DNA from: Octopus sinensis
Taxonomy: Eukaryota
Reading direction: 5' to 3'
DNA: 64,000 nt
Assembly: GCF_006345805.1 (NCBI RefSeq)
Contig: NC_042999.1
Span: forward strand, 23,312,001 to 23,376,000
Below, one piece after another: positions 24,701-37,870 of the stretch (the stretch's first letter is position 1; each line of letters starts with the position of its first letter). The position numbers were made by a program, and so were the translations under genes. The notes under the pieces are model-generated. The model was not told the origin of the DNA, did not search any database, and saw nothing but the letters and a program-made list of their open reading frames with translations.

Positions 24701-27700
24701 GTCTCCTCAAGTACAGCAGGTGACATGCCACATTTTAGGAAATATACAAAAAAATGTTTCTTTGTATTTCTCAGAGGGGTTTCAATTTGAATCAATTAAG
24801 CTGGAGACATGGAATTCATCAAAAGATGAAGGGTCATGTTTAATATGAGAAGGGTGCAAGTTATGGTGGTTGCTATCATTGGAGCATTGCATTCCATAAG
24901 ATAATTTTTGTGAAAAAGAAACCATTAAGACTCATACAATAATATAATCTGTAGAAAAAAAATTATAAAAGTGTTGTGTCTGGAGAGAGTCATTTTCTTT
25001 TTGTGCCTTATTATGTAACACACTCACCGGAAAAATTTCCACTATTTTTCTTATTTCTATTGTCCTAAAATTTTCGTTGTGTCTTGCAACCTTTTCAATA
25101 GTTTTGACTCTTTGAGAGTCAAAACTATTGAAAAGGTTGCAAGACGCAACGAAAATTTTAGGACAATAGAAATAAGAAAAATAGTGGAAATTTTTCCGGT
25201 GAGTGTGTTACATAATAAGGCACAAAAAGAAAATGACTCTCTCCAGACACAATAGTATATGCTTCAACACATGAACTCATATAAGGAATCTTGCAAACCA
25301 AATCCAAAAACGAAATTATAAAAGAAAATCGATAAATGGAAGTAAATGGACACTTTAACACATTTTGATATGTGCACCACTAGTGGTTTTTTAGGCACAG
25401 ACTATAATATTTGCTATGTACTATAGGAACCACCAGTGATACCCATGCTATAAATCAATGTGGTAGTTTATATAGTGAACCAGAACATTCATCATTGAAC
25501 ATCCAAGTTCCATGCTGGCATGTGTTGGACAGTTTGACAAGGATCCAATGAGTTAAAGACTGTATCGTACTCTAGTGTCTGCTTTGGCATGGTTTCTAGA
25601 GATTGATGCCTTTCTTAATACCAAGCACTTTACATTGTGTACTGGGTGCATTTCTCACACCACTGGCATCATTGAAGTTACCATACAGTTTGCAAGTCAA
25701 CAAACCCAGGAGGAAGGATATATATATATATATATATATCCTAATTTACACTAATTTACTAGTAAGAACTTGTAACTTTGGGAATTGATGTGATAGTTTA
25801 TTTTTTAGAATGACATTGTAGGATAGGTGTGAGAGGCTGGATCTAGCTGGTTTTAATATAAAACAGGTAGAATATTTGGGTTGGATTTGGGTGGTTTAAA
25901 TTAACTTACAGATGATACATAGTCTTTCATAGCCTTTTCATGACTGAGTTTTGCAGGGACCTTAATTCGAGTTGGTCTTCTTAATGAAGATGCCTTTGTG
26001 TTGTCAGTATTCTGAAATAGATGAAAAATATATAACAACAACGATAACAATAATGATAATAATAATAATAATAATAATAATGATGATAATAAAAATAATA
26101 ATAATAATTATAAATTACCCTGATGCAGTACTAGGCAGTGGCTCGCATGGCTTCTCATCTTAACTGATTGGAAGTGCTATCATGTGTAAAAGATGGGCTA
26201 CAGCAAATATTCTGCTCAATACCACAGATCTGCTCGTCAGTTGTTTGACCTTAACCAGTAGAGCATGTCCCTTAGTGGCTGACAATATGTGCATCTCTGA
26301 TCAGGAGCAGAAGTAGTAGGGGAGTATCATAGTCGTGTGTTGAGAAGGATTCTTTGGGGTTTGAATCAAACTTCTTAACCACCACGGCCACCCCTGCAAA
26401 CTTCTTAACCACCACAACCACCCCTGCAAACTTCTTAACCATCACGGCCACCCCTGCCCCTAAGCACAATCATTACAACAATTAACAATAAGACATGGGA
26501 TCAATTATACCTTTTTGTTGACATCTTTATTGGTTTGGTTAATTGAACAATGAGCATCAAGAGAAAACTGACTGCTTGTTGGGTCGCTAAGTTTCAAAGA
26601 TGGTTTAGTATGCTTGGTATTCTGTTTGGTAGCTTTCAAGGTGATAAGATCTTCAGAGAGCCTGCAATAAAGTTTAATAGGTATTTAAAAAACAAAACTT
26701 TGCATTTCAAGTTAAAAGTCATTTGAACCTTTAAGCATTTAAACCAGATACATCTGGCTGAAATATTTTACCTGTTTTACGCTTATACTGGCCATATCTG
26801 GCTTTTCACACTAACCCTACAATATCATTCTAAAAATGTAACAGTCATCTCGTCAAAATCTCGAAGCCACAAGATGATGCATGATTAATTTAAAACAATG
26901 AGAATAAATAAGCATTTTGTCCACTCTGCTGGGTGGTTGGTGTTAGGAAGGGCATTCAACTAGCCATAAAAACCATGCCAAAACAAGACACAGAAGTGCA
27001 TATACATATATACAATGGGCTTCTTTCAGTTTCCGCCTACCAAATCCACTCACAAGGCTTTGGTTGGCCTGAGGCTATAGTAGAAGACACTTGCCCAAGG
27101 TGCCATACAGTAGGACTGAACCCAGAACCATGTGGTTGGTAAGCAAGCTACTTACCACACAGTGGGACTGAACCCGGAACCATGTGGTTCATAAGCAAGC
27201 TACTTACCACACAGTCACTCCTGCGCCTATAATTAATTGATAAATGATAATGAAAGAAAAAGATGGTAATGGTGATGAAGTGAAATGGAAAACACTCATC
27301 TGGTTAACTAACCATAGCTGGTGAGTGAATTTGAACTAATAACCTTTAGGATAGTAATTTAATGCTTTAATTGGCCTCTACACTATAGACAAATAATAAT
27401 AATAATCCTTTATGCTATAGGCACAAGGTCTGGATTTTTTTGGTGGGGAGGGGGACAATCGATGACATCGACCCTGGTACTTGACTGGTACTTAATTTAT
27501 TGACCCTGAAAGGTTGAAAGGCAAAGTCAACCTTGGCAGAATTTGAACTCAGAGCATAGCAACAGACAAAATACCATTAAGCATTTCACCCGGCATGCTA
27601 ACGATTCTGCCACCTTACCATGTCTGACATCGTCATCGTTTAACGTCCGCTTTCCATGCTAGCATGGGTTGGACGAATGACTGAGGGCTGGCGAACCAGA

Positions 27701-30700
27701 TGGCCGCACCAGGTTTCAATCTTGATCTGGCAGAGTTTCTGCAGCTGGATGCCCTTCCTAACGACATAATAGTAAGAAGAAGAATACAATATTTACATGC
27801 TATTTTTCTTAACTGTATCAATCAGATTTATTGGTTTCTGTTCTGTACAATTCTGAACAGCAATAGTAGCAGCTTCCAGAATCTTCTTAGCTTCTTCTTC
27901 AGAATTTAGAACTAAAGTCGATATAGTAAAAAAAAAAAAAAAGATAAACAAAATAGTTAAGACAAGCAACAATATAAGAAAACCAAAATACAAAATTAGA
28001 AAAAAAAAAAAGGTTTTACATTAAAGCATCAAGATTAATCTCAGTGTAATTGTAGAAATTAAATTTTCAGCAATGTATTGATTAAATTATTGACTTTATG
28101 GCTATACACTCGACTTACTTATTAATTACTGGTAGGAACACTGCATTTTGTTATGCAACTATAATATACTATTATGTTAAAGGCTTATAAGTCAACACTG
28201 TGTCCTACCTGTGTTAGCAGTGCAATATAATCACTTTTTTAGAGCTGTTGAGGCAAGTGAAATCGAAATCAAATTCGATGACTGGCATCCATGCTAGTGA
28301 AACGCTAAGAGTACCATATGAGTGAGATCGTTGCCAGAGCAACAAGCTGGCCTTCGTGCCGATGGCACGTTAAACACACCATTCGAGCATGATCGTTACC
28401 TGCATCGCCTTACTAGCACTTGTGCTGGTGGCACGTGAAAAAAACATTTGAGCGAGATTGTTGCCAGTGCCGCTGGACTGGCTTCTGTGCAGGTGGCACA
28501 TAAAAAGCACCATTTGCTTGTGGCCGTTACCAGTACCACCTGACTGGCCCTCATGCCGGTGGCACGTAAAAGCACTCATTACACTTTCGGAGTGGTTGGC
28601 GTTGGGAAGGGGATCCAATCTGCCAGATCAGATTGGAGTCTGGTGCAGCCATCTGGTTCGCCAGACCTCAGTCAAATCGTCCAACCCATGCTAGCATGGA
28701 AAGTGGACGTTAAACGGTGATGATGACCACTACAGATATTCTATAGAAATTAAAGCCAGCACTGAAAGTTACATTTCATATCTGAATATGTCAATGTAAA
28801 CAATGCGATCAAAGAAAGAGAAATAGGTAACTGGTGTACATGCATATTTCAAGAGTTATTATTCTTTCTTCAGTACCAAATTGAACCCATTAACCATCCA
28901 TGTACAGATAACTTTAAAAATACTGCGGAGGCCAGTATGGACTATCCTTGCAGATTGGGACCATCAGTTCCCGACCTTCAAAACTATCTACAAAGTTCTC
29001 TACAGCCCCTCCCTTGAGATAAGACCACATATTCTTCATTATTTTCACTGGGAGGGGCCACAGCCTCCTCTGCCGGTGGCACAATTCCCACCAACTAAGT
29101 TTCAGGACATGCCAGCAGAGCATTGCAAACCACCGGCACTGTCCCATTCTTCTTACCATATAACCATACTTGCTACATGACATTGGTAATTAAGTTATTA
29201 TAATTACCCAATATTGACCCTTTTAGCATTAAAACCAGCCATATCCAGCCCAAATATTCTACCTGTTTTGTGTTCAAGCTAGCCAGATCCAGCCTCTCAC
29301 ACCTACTCTACAATGTCATTCTAAAAATAAACTGTCACAGCATCAAAATCTTGAAGACAATGTAAGATTAATTCAAAATAATGTGAATAAATAAGTATTA
29401 TATTTGACAGAAATCTGAATGCTAAATAGTTAAGAGTGGAGGCGCAATGACCCAGTGGTTAGGGCAGCGAAAACACCTAAAAGCTCCACAAGGCTCCGCC
29501 AGGTGGCGACCCCTGTTGTACTCTTTCACCCCAACTTTCTCTCACTCTTTCTTCCTGTTTCTTGAGTAACGCTCAGATGGACTGGCGTCCTGTCCAGCTT
29601 GTGGAAAACAAATATGCCATAGAAACCGGGAAACCAGGCCCATGAGCCTGGCTAGGCTTGAAAAGGGCGCATAAATAAAAAAAAAAAGGTTAAGAAATAG
29701 TTTGAGATATGCCAAGTATGAAATTATTATGACAAAAAAACAAGAAGCTATAAAGCAAGCAAGACAAAACAGCCATTTATCTAGCAAACCCACTTGTCGT
29801 AGAATCTAAAATAGATTTTCCAGATTGTGATAGATGCTCTTTCTTTCCAGGCATCAACAAAAAATTCTCGGGTGGTGGTGAATGTGGAATCATGACCTGA
29901 AAGAAAGAAAGAAAAAAAATAACTAAAATTAAATCGCAAAAACATCTTTGAAAATAGTATAACTTACACTGAAATAATCCTTTCTACTATAGGTACAGTG
30001 GAAGCACATGGCCTAGTGGTTAGAGCAGCAGACTTGCAGTGGAGGGATCGCAGGTTCGAATTTCAGACCGGGTGATGTGTGTGTTTATGAGCGAAACACC
30101 TAAGCTTCATGCAGCTCCGGCAGAAGGTAATGGCGAACTTCTGCTGACTCTTTTGCCACAACTTTCTCTCACTCTTTCCTCCTGCATCTAGCAGCTCACC
30201 TGCGATGGACCGGCGTCCAGTCCAGGTCGGGAAACTATATGCCAAGGAAACCGGGAAACCAGCCCTTATGAGCCAGGCATGGCTTGAGAAGGAACAAACA
30301 AAACAACTATAGGTACAAGGCCTGAAATCTTGAGGGAGGGGCCAGTCGCAGTACGCAACTGGTACTTAATTTATCGACCCTGAGAGGATGAAAGGCAAAG
30401 TCAACCTTGGCGGAATTTGAACTTTGAATATAACAATGGGCGAAATACCGCTAAGTGTTTTGTCCAGCAAGCTAATGATTCTGCCAGCTTGGAACTGAAA
30501 TAATGACAAAAAATATGAGAAGAATCTAATTTGTGAGAACTATGAGGTGTAGACATGTCCGCAACCATGTGATTCCAGGTTCATTTCTATGCCATGGCAC
30601 CTTGGGCAAGTGTCTTCTATTATGACCATGGGCTAATCAAAGACCTGCAAGTGGATTTCAAAGATGAAGCTAAAAGAAGTACATCATAACCACATTGTTT

Positions 30701-33700
30701 CTCTACAGCAATAAACCTGTTCTGACCTCTTCTCTCATATTTTAACTTCCTCATCTCCTACCATAAAACAACTGTCCTCTCAATTGTAGCCACCCCACTC
30801 AGTTGAAAAGGATCTCAATCTTATAAGCTGCATGACAACCTCACTAATGGTGGTGCCACAAAAAACACCCCCCAAAAAAACAACTACAAAAACACTAAGT
30901 ACACATGATAAAGTGATTAGTCATTAGGAAGGGCAATCCAGTTGTAGAAACCATGCCAAAGCAGATACTGGAGCATAGCGCAGCCCTCAAACTTGATGGT
31001 GGTGATCCAACAGGGAGTCAGTCTGATGAACGAAACCCCCTAAAAGAATAACCTGGATGCCCTTCCTAACACTAACAACCCAGCAGAATGGACTTAGTGG
31101 TTTTTATGTGGCACAAGCACAGGCGAGGTCAGTTTTGGCAAGGTTTTTACAGCTGGACGCCCTTCTGAACGCCAACCACTTTATAGTATGGATTGGGTGT
31201 TTTTAAGTAGCAACTGCACTGACAGGGTCACCAAAAACTTACAAGACCCGCCCCCCCAAAAAAAAACAAATGTTAAACTGACGATAATAAAATCAATCTT
31301 TATCTTTTACTTGTTTTAGTCATGTGTGACTGTGGCCTTGCTGGAGCACCATAGCCAAGGGTTTAGTTAAGCAAATCAACCCCAGTGCTTACTTTCTAAG
31401 TTTAGTATTTATTCTATCAGTCTCTTTTGTTGAACCAAGTTACAGGAACATAAACAAACCAACACAGGTTGTCTAGCAGTGATGGGTGGGCAATCACAAA
31501 CAACACATGATAGGCTTCCACACTCAGTTTCTGATCACCAAATTCACTTAGACAGGTATTGGTTGGCCCAGGGCTATAGTAGCAGACACTTGGCCAAGGT
31601 GCCATGCATTGGGACTGAACCCGAAACTATGTGGTTACAAAATGAGCTTCTAAACCACATAGCCATGCCTGAAACAGTAAAGGTAAACCATTACTCACCA
31701 AAGTCTTAGCGTCCACTTTATCACAATTATCACTAAGTTTTTCAGTCAGATAGTGCACAGAATCCTTTGACTCCTCTAAGACATCTGTTATTTCTTGTCT
31801 GAAAGTTAAGAAAAAAATTTAATGAGAAAACAAGAAATAAGCAAAAAAAAAAAAAAAAAAAAACTTACCCCCAAAAACTATAAAGAAAATAAAAGATAAA
31901 GTATTATAGCTTTAGTTCTTGTTTAAGCCTTTAACATTTAAACCAGCCATATCCAGTGCAAATATCCCACCTGCTTTTAAGTTAAACCTGGATAGATCCA
32001 CCTTTCACACTTACTCTACAATGGTTACTGTGTCACGCAAATGGCACATGTGTCAGTGGCACATAAAAGCACCTGTCACACACTCAGAGTGGTTAGCGTT
32101 AGGAAGGGCATCCAGCCATAGAAACCATGCCAAATCAGACTGGAATCTGGTGCAGCTTTCCAGTTTGCCAGCCCTGGTCAAACCATCCAACCCATGCCAA
32201 TAATGGATAACAGATGCTAAATGATGATGACGATGATGTTGTTAGAAAGTTATATAACAGTACAAAATGCTGAATGATCTAGATACATTTTTAAGCATGG
32301 GAATTTTATAATCACATATGTTTTACAAAAGCTGAAAAATTATTAGCTTTTGGTAGGCTAAATCCAACATACTTAAGCACTAAACTACTGATACAGCTAA
32401 AAGCATCAAGTCAGCAACACTTATGTAAATGCATCGTACAATCTACCTTTCACTCTGAGCGAGAGGCCCTTTGTCAGCAGTAGAGGTAGGAGCTTTCTGA
32501 ACTTTGCCCAGGCTATTCTTATTCTAGTGGTAATGCTCTCTGAATATCTACCCCCACTACAGACTTGGTCACCTATGTAGCGGAAGCTATCAACAACATC
32601 TAGTTTCTCTCCTGGCATGTGATGGAATCTGTTTTCTGAACATCTGTGGTGTTTATTGCTCCTGTGCATCTGCCGCACATGAAAGCTATCTTCCTGGTTA
32701 ACCTTCCTTTGATGTTACTGCACCTCTTATGCATCCACATCTTACACTGGGTACATCTTATTTCTTTATTGCCCACAAGGGGCTAAACACAGAGGGGATA
32801 AACAAGGACAGACAAGGGGATTAAGTCAATTACATCGACCCCAGTGCGTAACTGGTACTTAATTTATCAACCCCGAAAAGATGAAAGGCAAAGTTGACCT
32901 TGGCGAAATTTGAACTCAGAACGTAACGGCAGATGAAATCCCGCTAAGTATTTTGCCCGGTGTGCTAACGTTTCTGCCAGCTCGCCACCTTATGGAGTTT
33001 TATTCTCCACATAAATAGATTTTGAATTCTAAGAATCTATGATTTTCTTCCTTTCAAATCAAGCTGGTAACATTGGTGTAAATAGATATATTTTGGGATG
33101 ACTGATTAAAATAGTTCTCCGAAAAAGTGTTCTAGAAGAATGGCAAACAAAAAGATGTGACACTGATTTGATTAAAAAGTTAAGAGAATCGAAAGAAACT
33201 ACAGCAGAAAAAATTAGAGAACTGCATGGAGTAAAATCAAAAAGTGTGTAAACAAAAAAATTAAAAAAAAAACCCAAAAAACATACCTCATGGATTCAAT
33301 GTTTTCAAGGTATTTACTGTGATTTTTGGACAGCGTTTCAAACTCACTGATGGTTTCTTTACAGTCAGAGACATTTACTAAATTGGAAAATAATCATATT
33401 GAAGGCTATGTTATTTTACACTTTCTCTGTTAATTCAAAATTAAAAAATTCATCTAGGTTCATTTGTATGAATATCATTAATTTTTAAACATGCATAAAG
33501 TTCAAAGCAAAATTACTAATTCTTACAAATTATTTAAGGGATGATGATGATGATGATGATGATTCTGTACCTATTTCATCATGTTAGAGCAGGTGGAATA
33601 AATATCTCAGGAGAAATTTTATGCCTTCTAAGTTGATTGGTGAAGATGCGTAGCCTGGAGGTTAGGGTTCTGCACTCGCAATCATAAGATTGCAGTTTCA

Positions 33701-34365
33701 ATTCCTGGGCTGGGCAGTGCTTTGTGTTGTATTCTTGAGCAAAACACTTCATTTCACATTGCTTCACTTCAATCACTCATAAATGATTAACCCTGTGACA
33801 GACTGGGGTCCCTTTGTTGCCTTAATTGCTTATATGCCATGGAAACTGGGTAAAAGTCCCTTTTAGTCATAGGACCAACAATCCAACATACCTCCATCAT
33901 CAGCTGCCCCGTGGATATCATTAGAGAGAGACATTATACATACATGTACATTATCAGTCATTTGACTGTGGCCATACTAGAGCACCACCTTTAGTCGAAC
34001 AAACATGCCAGGACTTATTTTATCAGTCTCTTGACGAACTGCTAAATTATTGGAACGTAAACACACCAACATTGGTTGTCAAGCGATGGTAGGGGGACAA
34101 ACACAATTCCCCCCCCCCATATATATATATACACAACGGGCTTTTTTCAGTTTCCATCTACTAAATCCACCCACAATGCTTTGGTCAACTTGAGGCTCTA
34201 ATAGAAGTCACTTGCCCAAGGTGCTACACAGTGGGACTGAACCTGGAACCATGTGGTTGGGAAGCAAGCTTCTTACCACACAGCCATGCCTGCACCATAT
34301 ACACACACACACACACACACACATATAAAAAGAGAGAGAGAGAGTGACATATTGCATACATGTAC

Positions 34366-34399
<34 letters not shown>

Positions 34400-37300
34400 A
34401 TCATCATCATCGTTTAACGTCCGTTTTCCGCGCTAGCACGGGTTGGATGGTTCGACCGGGGTCTGGGAAGCCAGGGGCTGCACCAGGCTCCAGTCTGATC
34501 TGGCAGAGTTTCTACAGCTGGATGCCCTTCCTAACGCCAACCACTCCGTGAGTGTAGTGGGTGCTTTTTACGTGCCACCTGCACAGGTGCCAGGGGGGTC
34601 CGGCATCGGCCACAATCGGTTGGAGCTTGAGAGAGAGAGAGAGTCATCATCATCATCATTTAACATATTATACAAACATGTATATTATACATAAAATTAT
34701 CTCTTACCAGATTGCAATTTTTCATGATACATCTGTAAACTGAAGTTGGAGAGTTTAATTAAACTGAAAAGAGAGATAGAAAAATGAATAAGCTAAAGCC
34801 TCAGAAGGTCAGCAAAAAATTTAACTAATACTGTACAAGGTACTAATATTTAAAACATAGACCAAAATGTCAACAGCACAGCAGAGAATTCAACAATCTT
34901 AACAATACCATGGAATCATTTATGATCAGAACTAAAACAACAGCAACTAATAACTTCTTTATCATTTAAAACTTTATATATTAGAATATTACATACTGCA
35001 TTTGATGGTATAAAAGATGTTACTTAATTTCAGGATAAAAAAGTTTGGATCTTTACTTTTTGACCGAGAGATTAAAAAAATAATTTTTTGTAACTAAACA
35101 CTTTCAAACTTCAAACACTGGTAGAATGTGTCATATAAAACATCTTTTAGTGTGTGTGTGTATATATATCACGTGACCGACCAGACCATCAGATATTGTT
35201 ACACATCGCTGGTCACAATGCGTTCGCATTGTTTTAGCCTTCGAATGACGCCACCCCGCTGGTTAAGCGAGCAGGCCAACAGAAGAAAGAGTGGGAGAAA
35301 GAGTGGTGAAAGAGTACAGCAGGAATCACCACCCTCTGCCGGAGCCTCGTGGAGCTTTTTAGGTTTTTTCGCTCAATAAACACTCACAACGCCCAGTCTG
35401 GGAATCGAAACCGCAATCCTACGACCGCAAGTCCGCTGCCCTAACCACTAGGCCATTGCGCCTCCACGTGTATATATGTATATATACACACAAACACACA
35501 AATATATAAAGACACTACGCTCATTATTATATTAGGAGATGTCAAAAACATTGCCTTACCTAACAATATCCAGTTTTCCTCTTTTGTAGAGACTCTCAAC
35601 TTTCTCCTAAAATATTAAAAAGAAAACAAAATAAAAAACCCCGAGGAATACACAAATTCAAAAAAATTAAAATTATCCACAAAAAAACTATTTTAAAAAT
35701 CACATATTGCACAAATAATCATCTTTTGTATATTTTATCCTTCTCATCACCATTTTTACATCTGCTTTGGATTGGATTAGCCTTCTTAACCCTTTCCATG
35801 CAAAATTAAATTTCATAATTATTTCAGTAACTATTTCTACTCTAGGTACAAGGCCTTGAAAATTTTATGGGGAAGGGGACTGGTCGTTTATAGCGACCCC
35901 AGTGTGTAACTGGTAATTATTTCATCAACCCCGAAAGGATGAAAGGCAAAGTCAACTCAGAACGTAGCGGTAGATGAAATACCTATTTCTTTACTACCCA
36001 CAAGGGGCTAAACACAGAAGGGACAAACAAGGACAAATCGATTATATCGACCCCAGTGTGTAACTGGTACTTATTTAATTGACCTCGAAAGGATGAAAGG
36101 CAAAGTCGACCACGGCGGAATTTGAACTCAGAACGTAGCGGCAGACAAAATACAGCTAAGCATTTCACCCGGCGTGCTAACGTTTCTGCCAGCTTGATGC
36201 CTTAATTATTTCAGTAATGATGTTAAAATATCTACCAAACAATAAAATTTGTAATTTTCTGTAAATCATGTTGCCTCAATAAACTTTATATATTTTAATG
36301 AAAAAAATAAGTTGCAACTATGACATTCCTTAACAAATGATAGATAGGGATATAAAACTGATTTTTACAGTTAAGGATAATTAAATTTTGAGTGGATTTA
36401 ATTTTTCAGCATCCTGAAGGGTATTCAACTGCAGAAACAATGCCAAAGTAGACATTGGAGGTACGATGTAGTTCTTGGACCCATCGGATCCTGTGAAACC
36501 ATTCCAACCCATGGAACATGGACATTAATTGATGACAATGAGGATACGGAAATCTCACAAAAACAATGGATTATTAAAAATATAAAATATATATATATAC
36601 TAGCAGAATTGCCCGGCGTTGCTCGGGGCTGAATTGCTTGAAAGTACTGTTAATGATTGCACTGAATTATGATGATTATTCAGGCAAATATTGATATAAG
36701 CTTACGGAGGGAGATAAGGACTTAACGATCAAACGTGTGCCATTGCATTGTTTTGGGAGAACCAAATTTCTGATGAGCATTATAGGGGCACCAACTTTAA
36801 GTTTGAGAAAGTGTGGTGGTAGTCCGGGGTGCTCAAAGGAATTGAGTACCTCTATTGGATAGTTGATGACGTCCTCTGGGTCAGGAGTTGTATCGATAGA
36901 CTGATATACATAGACTTCCCCAGGAATGAGTTTTAGCATTTCATCATTAATATGGTGAACAGTTTTATTCCTCGGGGCCAGTATAGCCTTTTTGCCAATC
37001 CAATCCATATTCTGATAATTAGCTTGTAGATCTGGGAACACTGCATCTCTGAGATCAGAAGGCGTCTTAACAATGGTACAAATGGAATCGATGGCAATAT
37101 TACCATTTTCATCCCCTGGTATTTTGCCTTCGCCAAGTGCAAGGAGGGTGTGAGGAAATGCTGTTGATGTGATATTACGTCGCATATGAGCACGCATATT
37201 GGTGTGAAGTTTGAGAGTTACTTCCGTTTATTTTATAAAATATGCATTAAAATGGAAAAAAATGATGGTAAATTATTTGTAAAATCATAGACTCATCGTA

Positions 37301-37839
37301 GACGCGCGCTAATACCCAGAAGGGCTCGATATGAATCACGACTATAAGATACCCGGTTTTGGTTAAACTGCATCGCAAAATGTGGGAGTAGTTAGGAATC
37401 TAAATCGGAGTAGACAGACACACAACCTTTCTTTTATATATAAATATTTTCGTGCTAAAAAACTTTGTATGGAGTGAATGGTTACCTCTATGGAAATATA
37501 TACACACACGTTATGCATACATGTGTGCATAGATGAATATATAAATACATTTATATATCTATATACACTTTTGGGCGATCTCTGTGCTACTTAGAGATAA
37601 CTTTAGATCTTATTTTCGTCCTAAAAAACTTTGTGCGGAGTGAATGGTTACGTGTATGGAAATATATACACACACATTATACATACATCTGTGTATAGAT
37701 GAATATATAAATACATTTAAATATCTATATACACTTTTGGGCGATCTTTCTGCTACTTGGATATAGGGGCGATGTTTCGCTTGTTGTAGCACACGTTTCC
37801 GTCGATTTCCGTAAAAAATGTAAACACTGAATCGGCCAT

Positions 37840-37870
<31 letters not shown>

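Noticed and set aside
25128-25160. TTGAAAA G GTTGC-AAGAC-GCAAC GAAA motif in the palindrome arm resembling a hammerhead stem II
   Set aside because: The core deviates at two essential positions and no stem I pairing is evident.
26377-26457. 30-bp direct repeats superficially like a CRISPR array
   Set aside because: Contiguous with no unique spacers, eukaryotic context, no cas genes.
29998-30070. tRNA-like sequences at SINE heads (also 35395-35467, 53714-53785)
   Set aside because: Box A and B are present but they continue into SINE bodies with tails and TSDs, and the cloverleaf is degenerate; not tRNA genes.
31010-31042. GGGAGTC-AGT-CTGATGA-AC-GAAACCCCC hammerhead-like words
   Set aside because: No room for stem I or stem II, so it cannot fold as a ribozyme.
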